Assembly (NCBI GenBank): GCA_964342475.1
Contig: CAYFGE010000004.1
Span: forward strand, 14,796 to 78,795
Direction: 5' to 3'
Length of the DNA: 64,000 nucleotides
DNA from: an uncultured Planctomycetales bacterium
GTDB lineage: Bacteria; Planctomycetota; UBA1135
The stretch's first letter is position 1; the number at the start of each line of letters is the position of its first letter. Position numbers and translations under genes: made by a program. The notes beneath the pieces are model-generated. The model was not told where the DNA came from, did no database searches, and saw nothing but the letters and a program-made list of their open reading frames with translations. This document shows positions 52,812 through 61,019 of the stretch, in pieces.

Positions 52812-53191
52812 CCGCCACGCTCCGCCGCCCTGCGCTCCCCGCCCGGCTCGGACCGGTGGCCGGGGTCGTGCTCGCGGCAGGGGTCCTGGCGCAGCTCTTC
52901 GTGCCGGGGAGCGAGGGCGTGAGCCTCCTGGGGAAGCTCCTGCCCGAGCTCTGCCCGTGGGCCGCCGCCGGCGGCGCCTGCCCGGGCTGCGGCACCACCC
53001 GCTCCGCTTTGCACCTCCTGCGAGGGGAGTGGGGGGCGGCCTGGCGGATGCAGCCGGCGGTCTACCTCTTCGCGGCTGCTCTGCTCGCGCCGCTCGCCCC
53101 GCTCACGCCCGAGCGTGGCCGGCGCCTGCGTCTCCTCCTCGGCTCGGCGGGCCTCGTGCTCGCCCTGGCCCGTTTCCTCCTCTCCGACTGA
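52808..53191 (+). CDS. DUF2752 domain membrane protein
   Basis: ATG 52808 overlaps the preceding stop (ATGA). LCPWAAAGGACPGCGTTRSALHLLRG matches the DUF2752 CP..CPGCG.TR signature. Confidence 0.78.
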   Translation: MTATLRRPALPARLGPVAGVVLAAGVLAQLFVPGSEGVSLLGKLLPELCPWAAAGGACPGCGTTRSALHLLRGEWGAAWRMQPAVYLFAAALLAPLAPLTPERGRRLRLLLGSAGLVLALARFLLSD

Positions 53192-53197
53192 TCGCCC

Positions 53198-53749
53198 GTG
53201 GAAATCCTCGTCATCCAACTCGTCTTCTGGCTGCTCTTCGGTGGCATCACCGCCGCGATCGCCAACTCGCGAGGCCGCAACCCCTTGGGTTGGTTCTTCA
53301 TCGGGTTGATCGGGGGCTGCTTCGGCATCGTCCTGGTCCTCGTCCTGCCGGACCTGAACGTCGAGAAGGCCAAGGAGGCCGAGAGCGAGCGCGAGAAGCG
53401 TCGCCTGCGTGAGCAGCTGCAGCAGGAGCGGATGAAGAACCAGGCCTTCCGCGGCCACGCCACGAACCGGCTCGACCAGCACGACGAGGCCCTGGGGCTG
53501 GACACCCGCGCGCAGGTGCCGCACCCCGAGCTGGCGCCGCCCGTCCCGCCGCCCGCCCTCGACCAGGGGCTGCCGGCGATGAACTGGTTCGTCGCCGAGG
53601 CCGGACAGGCGGCGGAGGGGCCGCTGACCCTGGTCGAGCTGCGTCAACGCGTGCTCGAGGGGCGCCTGTCGCCCCAGTCCCTGGTCTGGCACGCCGACCA
53701 CGGGGACTGGACCCAGCTGAAGGACTCGGTGCTGGCCGGTCTGCTGTGA
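53198..53749 (+). CDS. membrane protein with a C-terminal GYF_2-like domain
   Basis: GTG 53198. Two N-terminal TM helices, a charged coiled coil (KAKEAESEREKRRLREQLQQERMK), and C-terminal WFV...GP.TL.EL......L.P..LVW..G..DW. Confidence 0.72.
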   Translation: MEILVIQLVFWLLFGGITAAIANSRGRNPLGWFFIGLIGGCFGIVLVLVLPDLNVEKAKEAESEREKRRLREQLQQERMKNQAFRGHATNRLDQHDEALGLDTRAQVPHPELAPPVPPPALDQGLPAMNWFVAEAGQAAEGPLTLVELRQRVLEGRLSPQSLVWHADHGDWTQLKDSVLAGLL

Positions 53750-54648
53750 GCCGACCGCAACCGGGCCAGGTCCGTCTCGAGGGGCTCTACGAGGGGCCGG
53801 TCGGGCGTTGGTGCCCGGCGGAGGACCGGGTGGCGGACGCCTTGCGCCGCGCGGGCCTTCCCGACGGTTGCCTGCGCGCGGTGGTGGAGGGGGGCCACGC
53901 CTCGCTCGAGCCGGCCGGCGGCCTCTATCCCCGCGGTCAGTTCGCCGCCGACCCGGGGGAGGCCCTCGCGCTGGCCCTGCGGCTGCTGCTCGACGAAGAA
54001 CTCGGCGGCCGCCCGGGCGAGTGGCTGAGCACCCTCCGGGTCACCGAGTGGCGCGAGGACGAGGTCCGCGAGTCGCTGGTCCAGGTCGGGGACGACGGCG
54101 TCCGGGTGGTCGCCCGCGAGTCGCCCTGGCAGGCACCGCCGCGGCCCACCGCGGCCGCCTTCCTGCGCCGCCACTTCAAGCTGGGCCTCCTGCTGCTGGT
54201 CGCCGCTCTGGCCTACGGCGCCAAGGAGCGTGAGGCGCTGTTCCAGAAGTGGGACCAGCTGCGCGTCGCCCTGTTCGGCGCCGAAGCGCTCGTGGTGCCG
54301 ACTGGCTTCGCCGCCGACCCCGGCGCCTTCGCCCCCTGGTTGGACGCCGCCGCGGTGGAGGTCACGGCCGGAGAGCTGGTGGTGCGCTTCGAGGCGGGGG
54401 AGGCCTTCCCCGCCGACGCCGCTGCGCTGGACGCCCTGCGCGCCGCCGCCGGCATCGAGGAGCGCGCCGCGCTCGGCGCGCTCGAGGCCGGTCGCGCGCG
54501 CCTGGCCGTCGAGGTCGCCGAAGGGCTGCCCCTGCCGCTGGTCGAGGTGGACCTCTTCCCCCTGTGGCGGGGCGAGTCCGCCGTGGCGCGGGTGGCGGTC
54601 GCCGGCCTCGGCGGCGCGCACCTCGTGCGGGCCGAGCTGCGGCCCTGA
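53746..54648 (+). CDS. hypothetical single-pass membrane protein
   Basis: GTG 53746 overlaps the preceding stop (GTGA). Has a central TM helix (FKLGLLLLVAALAYGA). No family was recognised. Confidence 0.6.
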   Translation: MSRPQPGQVRLEGLYEGPVGRWCPAEDRVADALRRAGLPDGCLRAVVEGGHASLEPAGGLYPRGQFAADPGEALALALRLLLDEELGGRPGEWLSTLRVTEWREDEVRESLVQVGDDGVRVVARESPWQAPPRPTAAAFLRRHFKLGLLLLVAALAYGAKEREALFQKWDQLRVALFGAEALVVPTGFAADPGAFAPWLDAAAVEVTAGELVVRFEAGEAFPADAAALDALRAAAGIEERAALGALEAGRARLAVEVAEGLPLPLVEVDLFPLWRGESAVARVAVAGLGGAHLVRAELRP

Positions 54649-54654
54649 GCCGGC

Positions 54655-55881
54655 TCAGCTCTTCGGCGCGAGCTGGGCCACGTAGTCCTCCCACTCCTCC
54701 TCGAGGCCGTCGAGCTTGCGCAGCCCGAGCGCCTTCTTGAAGTGGGACATGGAGCCCTGGCCGCGGAAGGCGAGGAGGAGCACCTGGTGGAAGCCCTCGA
54801 CGTACTCGCCGCCCTTGCCGTGGAGCAGGAAGTGGACGAGCGTGTAGGACTCGGCGTACTTCGTGGCTTGCCCGGTCGAGGCGCCGAAGTCGCTCGACTG
54901 GTAGTTCAGCACGCGGGTCAGGCTGTCCTTCTTCTCGGCCTCGTGGTGGTCGCGGAAGGAGGCCTCGTCGACCCGCCCGAGGTCGAGCTGCAGCGCGCCG
55001 GCCGGGCCGTAGAGGCTGGCGTCGAGGTAGGTGGCCAGGCCCTCCTCGAGCCAGCCGGGGAACTTGGGCTCCTTCTTCTCCCATTCCCGCACGGTGTAGT
55101 AGGCCACCGCGTGGACGGCCTCGTGCTGCAGGCGGCTGGCGCGCCCGTCGCTGAAGTAGCTGTTCAGGCTGCGCGTCTCGCGGTGGAAGTAGGCGTCGAG
55201 GTTGTTCGACTGCGAGGGGAACTCCCCGTGGCTGGGGTGGAGGAAGGCGGGGATCGGCTCCTGGATCTCGTGGAAGCCGAGCGGGCCCTGGAAGACCTCG
55301 AACCAGGCCAGGTAGACCTGCTCCAGCTCGGCCACCGCGGAGACGATGTCGCCGAGCTCGCCGGCGGCCTGGACCTTCCAGTGGAAGCTGTCGATCTCCC
55401 AGGCGTCCTTCATGTCGCGGCCGCGCTCGAGCCGCTTCTCCCAGGTGGTGCGCCCGCCGTTGCCGACCTTCATGGACCAGCCGTCGCCGCGGGCGTCGTG
55501 GCCGAGGGCGAGGTGGGCCGCCTCGTGGGCGGGGTCGAGGCTGAGGGCCCGGAGGTACAGCCAGTCCGTGTCGCGGTTGAGTCCGTTCTCGCCGCACCAG
55601 GTGGCGAGGGCCACGGCCTGGTCGGCGGTGGCGTCGGGGTCGGCGAAGTGCTCCCGCAGGCGCCGGACGTACTCGGGGTACAGGACGCGCGGCCCCTCGA
55701 TCGACTGGACCTTGTCCGCGGCGTAGCTCTTCGTGCGCGAACCCTGCGCCAGGACGACTTCGTCGACGGTCACCTTCAGGATCGTGCCGCTGACCGTCTT
55801 GCCGTTGGTCAGGTGCAGGGTGTCCGGCTCGGGATCGCCGCCGAGGAGGAGGGCGGCGCAGGCGAGAAGCGCGTTGAACAT
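54655..55881 (-). CDS. DUF1570-like putative zinc metallopeptidase (HExxH)
   Basis: Signal-like MFNALLACAALLLGG. Contains the RLQHEAVHAVAYY HExxH motif and a C-terminal ESYTLVHFLL segment. Confidence 0.7.
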   Translation of the reverse strand: MFNALLACAALLLGGDPEPDTLHLTNGKTVSGTILKVTVDEVVLAQGSRTKSYAADKVQSIEGPRVLYPEYVRRLREHFADPDATADQAVALATWCGENGLNRDTDWLYLRALSLDPAHEAAHLALGHDARGDGWSMKVGNGGRTTWEKRLERGRDMKDAWEIDSFHWKVQAAGELGDIVSAVAELEQVYLAWFEVFQGPLGFHEIQEPIPAFLHPSHGEFPSQSNNLDAYFHRETRSLNSYFSDGRASRLQHEAVHAVAYYTVREWEKKEPKFPGWLEEGLATYLDASLYGPAGALQLDLGRVDEASFRDHHEAEKKDSLTRVLNYQSSDFGASTGQATKYAESYTLVHFLLHGKGGEYVEGFHQVLLLAFRGQGSMSHFKKALGLRKLDGLEEEWEDYVAQLAPKS

Positions 55882-55939
55882 GATCGGTCCCCGCCGGACG
55901 CTGACGCCCGCGGGGACCGCGCGCCGGCCGGCTGGCCGG

Positions 55940-55945
55940 ATCCTA
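55940..55945 (-). promoter_or_regulatory. -10 box TAGGAT for the DUF1570 gene, using the pseudopilin stop TAG
   Basis: On the minus strand TAGGATCCGG lies 58 nt upstream of ATG 55881. Confidence 0.4.
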
Positions 55946-56425
55946 CCAGTAATAGCCGCCGGGCGAACTGACCTGCCAGTTGTCGTTCGGCGCCTGCGGG
56001 TCCCGGAAGGGGTTGGTCGGGCCGTAGGACTCGGGCGTGCCCCGCGCGATGCACTTGTAGTCGACGCCGTCGGACCGGTACGCGTAGCCGAAGGCCGCGT
56101 TCGGGTACTGCGGGTCGGGGTCGCGGGGGAGCGACTGCAGGTAGTCCGGCACCAGGCCCGGGATGTACCCGTTGGCGTCGTAGCTCAGGCCGCCGTCGGC
56201 CGTGCTGTCGCCCTGCCAGTTGCCGTTGGTGTCCGGGTAGGCGCCGTGGTCCTGGAAGTAGTCGGCCAGCGCGGCCTGGATGGCGCGCAGGTCGTGGGCG
56301 CGGCGCGCGTCCCGGGCGGTCGAGGTGCCGTCGGCCAGGACGGGGATCAGGATGCCGGCGAGCATCGCGATCACCGTGACCACGATGAGCATCTCGATGA
56401 TGGTGAAGCCTGCGTTTCTCTTCAT
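55943..56425 (-). CDS. prepilin-type N-terminal cleavage/methylation domain protein (GspG/pseudopilin-like), copy A
   Basis: MKRNAGFTIIEMLIVVTVIAMLAGILIPVL has the G|FTxxE prepilin motif. 160 aa. Paralogous to 56739..57221. Confidence 0.85.
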   Translation of the reverse strand: MKRNAGFTIIEMLIVVTVIAMLAGILIPVLADGTSTARDARRAHDLRAIQAALADYFQDHGAYPDTNGNWQGDSTADGGLSYDANGYIPGLVPDYLQSLPRDPDPQYPNAAFGYAYRSDGVDYKCIARGTPESYGPTNPFRDPQAPNDNWQVSSPGGYYW

Positions 56426-56457
56426 GGCGAGGGTGGGAGGGGGAAAGGTCACCCCCT

Positions 56458-56616
56458 TCATCGGCCGGATCCGCCGTCGGCCTGAGGAATTGGGCCGGCC
56501 TCGGTGTGCCGGTGCGGGGCCTGGTCGAGCCCGGGCAGGAGGACGCCCATCAGGATGATGATCACGGCGATGACGAGGACCAGGCTGTTCAGCGGGAAGG
56601 TGGACTTCTTCTTCAT
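56458..56616 (-). CDS. 52-codon micro-ORF: single-TM peptide with a degenerate pilin-like N-terminus
   Basis: It is below the size cut-off of the ORF track. Translation: MKKKSTFPLNSLVLVIAVIIILMGVLLPGLDQAPHRHTEAGPIPQADGGSGR. G/C at the third codon position in nearly all of the first ~40 codons. It shares its leader sequence with copy A. Confidence 0.45.
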   Translation of the reverse strand: MKKKSTFPLNSLVLVIAVIIILMGVLLPGLDQAPHRHTEAGPIPQADGGSGR

Positions 56617-56679
56617 GGAGGCGGGGGAGGGGCACCCTCCTCATCGGCCGGATCCGGTCGTTTCCGGAGCCCGGGCACG

Positions 56680-56714
56680 AAAAGGAGCGAGCGCCGCACG
56701 GGTGCGGCGCTCGC
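56680..56714 (-). terminator. intrinsic terminator of pseudopilin copy C
   Basis: GCGAGCGCCGCAC-cc-GTGCGGCGCTCGC: 13-nt arms, followed on the minus-strand RNA by UCCUUUUC. Confidence 0.8.
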
Positions 56715-56738
56715 GGGCGGATCGGAGATCCGTCAGGT

Positions 56739-57221
56739 CTACCAGTTGTAGCCGCCGGGCGAGCTGACCTGCCAGTTGGCGTTGCCGGCCTGCGGGTCGT
56801 AGAACGGGTTGCCGGCCGGGAAGCTCTCGGGCGTGCCCTTGACGACGAACTTGTAGTCGACGCCGTCGGAGCGGTAGGCGTAGCCGTTGGTCGCGTCCGG
56901 GTAGCGGCTGTCGGGATCCTTCGGCAGGGTCGGGGCGAAGGTCGGGACGAGGCCCGGGATGTAACCGTTGGCGTCGTAGCCCATGCCGCCGTCGGCGGTG
57001 CTGTCGCCCTGCCAGTTGCCGTTGGTGGTCGGGTAGACCCCGTTGGCACGCTTGTAGGCTTCGAGGGCGGACTGGACCGACTTGAGGTCGGTGGCGCGGC
57101 GGGAATCGCGCGCACTCTTGGCGGCATCGCCGAGGACCGGGATCAGGATACCGGCGAGCATCGCCAGAATGGTGACCACGATCAGCATCTCGATGATCGT
57201 AAAGCCTGCTTGTCGCTTCAT
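56739..57221 (-). CDS. prepilin-type N-terminal cleavage/methylation domain protein (GspG/pseudopilin-like), copy C
   Basis: N-terminus MKRQAGFTIIEMLIVVTILAMLAGILIPVL. 160 aa, ending ..NWQVSSPGGYNW (copy A ends ..NWQVSSPGGYYW). Confidence 0.85.
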   Translation of the reverse strand: MKRQAGFTIIEMLIVVTILAMLAGILIPVLGDAAKSARDSRRATDLKSVQSALEAYKRANGVYPTTNGNWQGDSTADGGMGYDANGYIPGLVPTFAPTLPKDPDSRYPDATNGYAYRSDGVDYKFVVKGTPESFPAGNPFYDPQAGNANWQVSSPGGYNW

Positions 57222-57347
57222 TTTTGTCAGTGGGTCTGAGGTTTGGGGGTGGATCAGCAGGCCCTGCTTCCGGGTCCTGTCTCCTGGCCTATATCGATCC
57301 ACCCGGGAGGCCTCTTGAGCGCTTTTGCCCCGATTGTGCCTCAGGAC

Positions 57348-57353
57348 TAGGCT
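57348..57353 (+). promoter_or_regulatory. -10 box TAGGCT, 9 nt upstream of ATG 57363
   Basis: The sequence is GGACTAGGCTctctcccggATG. Confidence 0.4.
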
Positions 57354-57362
57354 CTCTCCCGG

Positions 57363-58790
57363 ATGGACGGGACCGCCGCCCTGCTCGCCACCCTGTTGGC
57401 CTACAAGCTGCTCCTCCTCGGGGTGGGTGCCTGGGCATCGAGGCGCAACCGCGACCAGGCCGACTTCTTCGTCGGCGGCCGCACCCTGGGCCCCTGGGTG
57501 GCCTCCGTGAGCGCCGCCGCCTCCTCCTCTTCGGCCTGGACCCTGCTCGGGGTGAGCGGCGCGGCCTACCTCTGGGGGATGGGGGCGCTCTGGTTCCTGC
57601 CGGCCTGCCTGGGCGGCTTCGCCCTGAACTGGTTCGGCGTCGCCGAGCGCCTGCGGCGGGGCAGCGCCGAGTCCGGCGCCGTCACCCTGACCGAATTCCT
57701 CGCCGGTGACGCGTCCGGCCGGATCCGGCGCTGGTTCGTCCTCGTCGCCTCCTGGATCGTCCTGCTGTCGCTCGGGGTCTACGTCGCCTCGCAGTTCAAG
57801 GCCGCCGGCACCACCTTCGCCGAGGCGCTCGACATGGAGGCCACCACCGCGGTGCTCGTCGGCGCCGGCATCGTCCTGGTCTACACCATGACCGGCGGCT
57901 TCTGGGCGGTCTCGGTGACCGACCTGATCCAGGGCCTGGTCATGGCCGTCGCCGCGGTCGTCGTGCCCGCCGTCGCCCTGGCCGAGGTCGGCGGCCCCGC
58001 CGCGCTGCTCGACGGGCTGGAGGCGCTCGACCCCGCGCTGCTCCACCCCCTGCGCGGGCTGGCCGGGTCCGCAGCGCTCGGCTTCGTGGTCGGCGTGCTC
58101 GGCATCGGCCTGGGGTATCCCGGCCAGCCGCACGTGGTCAACCGCTTCATGGCGCTGCGCGGGGCCCGCGAGGTGCGGCAGGGCACGGCGATCTCCCTGG
58201 GCTGGGCGGGGGTCATCTACAGCGGGATGCTGCTCGCGGGCTGGTGCGGCCGCGTCCTGTTCCCGGGCCTGGAGGACCGCGAGGCGGTGCTCCTGCGACT
58301 GACCTCCGAGCTCTTCCCGCCGGCCGCCGCCGGCGTGCTGGTGGCGGCGGTGCTGTCGGCGATCATGTCCACGGCGGACAGCCAGCTGCTCGTCTGCGGC
58401 TCGGCGGCCGCCTACGACCTGCCTGCAGGCGGGCGCAGCTCGCGCCTGCGCCGGAGCCGCCTCACCGTGCTGACCATCGGCGCGCTCGCCGTGCTGGCCG
58501 CGCTGACCGTCGACGAGACGATCTTCTCCTCGGTGCTCTTCGCCTGGAGCGCGCTCGGGGCGGCCTTCGGCCCGCTGCTGCTCGTCCGCCTGTGGCTCGG
58601 TCCGGTCCGGCCCGGCTTCGCCCTCGCGGCGGTGCTGACCGGCTTCGGGGTCACCGTGGTCTGGTACTCGACGCCGGCGCTGAAGTCGCGCCTCTACGAG
58701 CTGGTGCCGGCCTTCGCCGCCGCCGCCCTCGTCGCCCTGGCCGGCCTGCGGCGCGACCGCGGCGCGGCGTTCAGAGCGCGAGGCTCGTGA
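57363..58790 (+). CDS. sodium:solute symporter family protein (PutP-like)
   Basis: About 12-13 TM helices. Contains FFVGGRTLGPW, YTMTGGFWAV and VLSAIMSTADSQLL. Confidence 0.85.
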   Translation: MDGTAALLATLLAYKLLLLGVGAWASRRNRDQADFFVGGRTLGPWVASVSAAASSSSAWTLLGVSGAAYLWGMGALWFLPACLGGFALNWFGVAERLRRGSAESGAVTLTEFLAGDASGRIRRWFVLVASWIVLLSLGVYVASQFKAAGTTFAEALDMEATTAVLVGAGIVLVYTMTGGFWAVSVTDLIQGLVMAVAAVVVPAVALAEVGGPAALLDGLEALDPALLHPLRGLAGSAALGFVVGVLGIGLGYPGQPHVVNRFMALRGAREVRQGTAISLGWAGVIYSGMLLAGWCGRVLFPGLEDREAVLLRLTSELFPPAAAGVLVAAVLSAIMSTADSQLLVCGSAAAYDLPAGGRSSRLRRSRLTVLTIGALAVLAALTVDETIFSSVLFAWSALGAAFGPLLLVRLWLGPVRPGFALAAVLTGFGVTVVWYSTPALKSRLYELVPAFAAAALVALAGLRRDRGAAFRARGS

Positions 58791-59553
58791 TCACCGGGGC
58801 GTGGTCGGACGGCTTGCCCTCGCCGCTCGACTCCTTGCGCTCCTCGCGGTCGACCTCCACCCCGGTGCAGGCCGCCGCCACCGGGGCGGTGCCCAGGGCC
58901 AGGTCGATGCGCAGGCCCCAGCCGCGCGCGAAGGCGCCGGCGCGGTAGTCCCACCAGGTGAAGGGCCCCTCGCCGTCGTGGTGGAGGCGCTGCAGGTCCT
59001 GCAGGCCCCAGCCGAGCAGGCGTTGCAGCCGCTCGCGCTCGGGGGCGCTGCACAGCACCGAGTCGCGCCACCGCTCGACGTCGTGGACGTCGCGCTCGTC
59101 CGGCGCGATGTTGAAGTCGCCGGTGACGAGCAGCGGCTGCGCCGGGTCGTGCTCGTCCTCGATCCAGGCGGCGAAGGCATCGAGCCAGCGCAGCTTGAGC
59201 TCGTACTTCTCGTCGCCGACGGCCTTGCCGTTGACCACGTAGGCGTCGACCACGCGCAGCGGGCCGACCTGCGCCGAGATCACCCGCGCCTGCTCCGGGC
59301 AGGGGTCGCCGGGGAAGCCGTGACGCACCTCGCGCGGCTCCTCCTTGGAGAGGATGGCCACCCCGTTGTAGGTCTTCTGCCCGAATGCCGCGACCTCCCA
59401 GCCGGCCGGTTCGATCAGGTCGTAGGGGAACTGCTCGTCGACCACCTTGGTCTCCTGCAGGCAGACGACGTCCGGGTCGTGGCGCTCCAGCAGCCCCATC
59501 AGGCGCGCCTCGCGCGTGCGCACCGAATTGACGTTCCAGGTGACGACCTTCAT
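58771..59553 (-). CDS. xthA: exodeoxyribonuclease III
   Basis: Motifs: MKVVTWNVNS, DVVCLQETK, TGDFNIAP, SDHAPV. Confidence 0.95.
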   Translation of the reverse strand: MKVVTWNVNSVRTREARLMGLLERHDPDVVCLQETKVVDEQFPYDLIEPAGWEVAAFGQKTYNGVAILSKEEPREVRHGFPGDPCPEQARVISAQVGPLRVVDAYVVNGKAVGDEKYELKLRWLDAFAAWIEDEHDPAQPLLVTGDFNIAPDERDVHDVERWRDSVLCSAPERERLQRLLGWGLQDLQRLHHDGEGPFTWWDYRAGAFARGWGLRIDLALGTAPVAAACTGVEVDREERKESSGEGKPSDHAPVITSLAL

Positions 59554-59559
59554 CCCGAC

Positions 59560-59565
59560 AGCCTA
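59560..59565 (-). promoter_or_regulatory. -10 box TAGGCT, 6 nt upstream of the xthA ATG (leaderless), using the GT39 stop TAG
   Basis: On the minus strand the sequence is CGCTAGGCTgtcgggATG. Confidence 0.45.
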
Positions 59566-60924
59566 GCGGGGCGCGGCGGCGGGCCCCACGCGGTCGAGGC
59601 GGAAGCCCGGCGCGAGGACCTCGGCGCCCGCGCCGTCGTCCTCCGGGCCGCGCCAGGCGAAGCGCAGGCTGCCGGGCGGGGCGCCGCCCTCCGGCTCGGC
59701 GAAGGCCCAGACGCCGAGGTGGTGGCGCAGGAACTGCTTGGCGCGGTCGTCGTGGGCGGAGAAGGGGCCGTACACCGTGGGCGGGCCGTCCTCGGCCCAG
59801 CCGGCGGCGGCGCGGGCGCGGAGCTCGCGCGCGGCGAGCGTCCAGTCGTCGGCCGGCGTGAGCAGTCCCTTGCCGATCGTCAGCGCCGGGAGCAGCATCA
59901 TCGCCGCCGCGGCCCAGCGCCGGCGCTCGGCCGGATCACGCCGCAACCAGGCGTTGGTGCCGACCGCGCCGACCATCAGCGCCACGCCGGGCCAGGCGGC
60001 GAACAGGTAGCGCGAGGCCTGGCGCTGCGCGACCACCGCGCCCGCCAGCACCAGCCCGACCCAGCACAGGCCGAGGAGGAAGTCCGGGCGCAGGCGCTTC
60101 CAGCGCGTCAGGCCGGCGAGCAGCGCGAAGGGCAGCCAGGGCGCGCCGTAGAGCAGCAGACGGCCGCCGTAGTACTGCCAGGTCGGCTGCGTGTTCGCGT
60201 GCGGCGCCGTCCCCGCAAGCGAGGGGCCGAGCTGCTCGCTCCAGAAGGCCGACCAGAAGCCGTGGCCGGTGGCGCGGCGGTGGGCGAGGTCGAACAGGAC
60301 GGCGAGGCTCAGGCCGAGGACGCCTGCGGCGAGCGCGCGGCGGATCGGGCGGCGCAGACCGATGCGCGCGTCCACCAGCCACAGCGCGGGTACGAGCAGG
60401 GCGAAGGGGCCGCGGGCGAGGATCGCGCCGCCGAAGAACAGCCCGGCCCACACCAGGCTGCTCGCGCGGCGGCCGCGCATCCAGGCCACCGCGGCCACCG
60501 CGCAGGCGGTGAAGGGCAGCTCGAGCGAGGCGCGCACGGCGTACTTCGCCACCGGGTAGTGGAGCAGGAGGACGCCGAGCACCACGGCGCCGGCGCCGCG
60601 GCCGCCGCCGCCCAGCCGCCAGGCCGCCGCGGCGAGCAGCAGCAGCCAGATCGCGTTGGCCACCACCGGCGCGCGGGCGGTGTCGAGGCCGAGCCCCTCG
60701 AGCGCGCCGATCGCCCAGACCGCGAGAGGCGGGTTCTCGTGGAAGTCGGTGATCCTGCCGCCGTGGGCCCACTGCGGCGCGGCCCAGCCGCCGCCGGTCG
60801 CGAGGTCGTGCCCCATGGCGGCATAGAGGCAGCTGTCGCCGTCGGTCAGGAGCGGCGGCGCGAACAGCAGCCAGCCGAGGGTGAGCAGGACGGCGATCGC
60901 GGCGGCGAGGCGCGGGGTGGCCAC
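59563..60924 (-). CDS. GT39/ArnT-PMT-like membrane glycosyltransferase
   Basis: GTG 60924. About 10 or more TM helices, with an N-terminal loop DGDSCLYAAMGHDLATGGGW typical of the PMT_2/ArnT families. Confidence 0.65.
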   Translation of the reverse strand: MATPRLAAAIAVLLTLGWLLFAPPLLTDGDSCLYAAMGHDLATGGGWAAPQWAHGGRITDFHENPPLAVWAIGALEGLGLDTARAPVVANAIWLLLLAAAAWRLGGGGRGAGAVVLGVLLLHYPVAKYAVRASLELPFTACAVAAVAWMRGRRASSLVWAGLFFGGAILARGPFALLVPALWLVDARIGLRRPIRRALAAGVLGLSLAVLFDLAHRRATGHGFWSAFWSEQLGPSLAGTAPHANTQPTWQYYGGRLLLYGAPWLPFALLAGLTRWKRLRPDFLLGLCWVGLVLAGAVVAQRQASRYLFAAWPGVALMVGAVGTNAWLRRDPAERRRWAAAAMMLLPALTIGKGLLTPADDWTLAARELRARAAAGWAEDGPPTVYGPFSAHDDRAKQFLRHHLGVWAFAEPEGGAPPGSLRFAWRGPEDDGAGAEVLAPGFRLDRVGPAAAPR

Positions 60925-61005
60925 GGGAGCATCCTGCGCGGCGCGGGCGCGGGGTTCAAGCCGGGCCTCCGAAGCGGTCCGGAGGCTCCGTTGCCGTCAC
61001 TCGGC

Positions 61006-61011
61006 TAGCAT
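61006..61011 (+). promoter_or_regulatory. -10 box TAGCAT, 8 nt upstream of ATG 61020
   Basis: The sequence is GGCTAGCATcccgcaccATG. Confidence 0.4.
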
Positions 61012-61019
61012 CCCGCACC

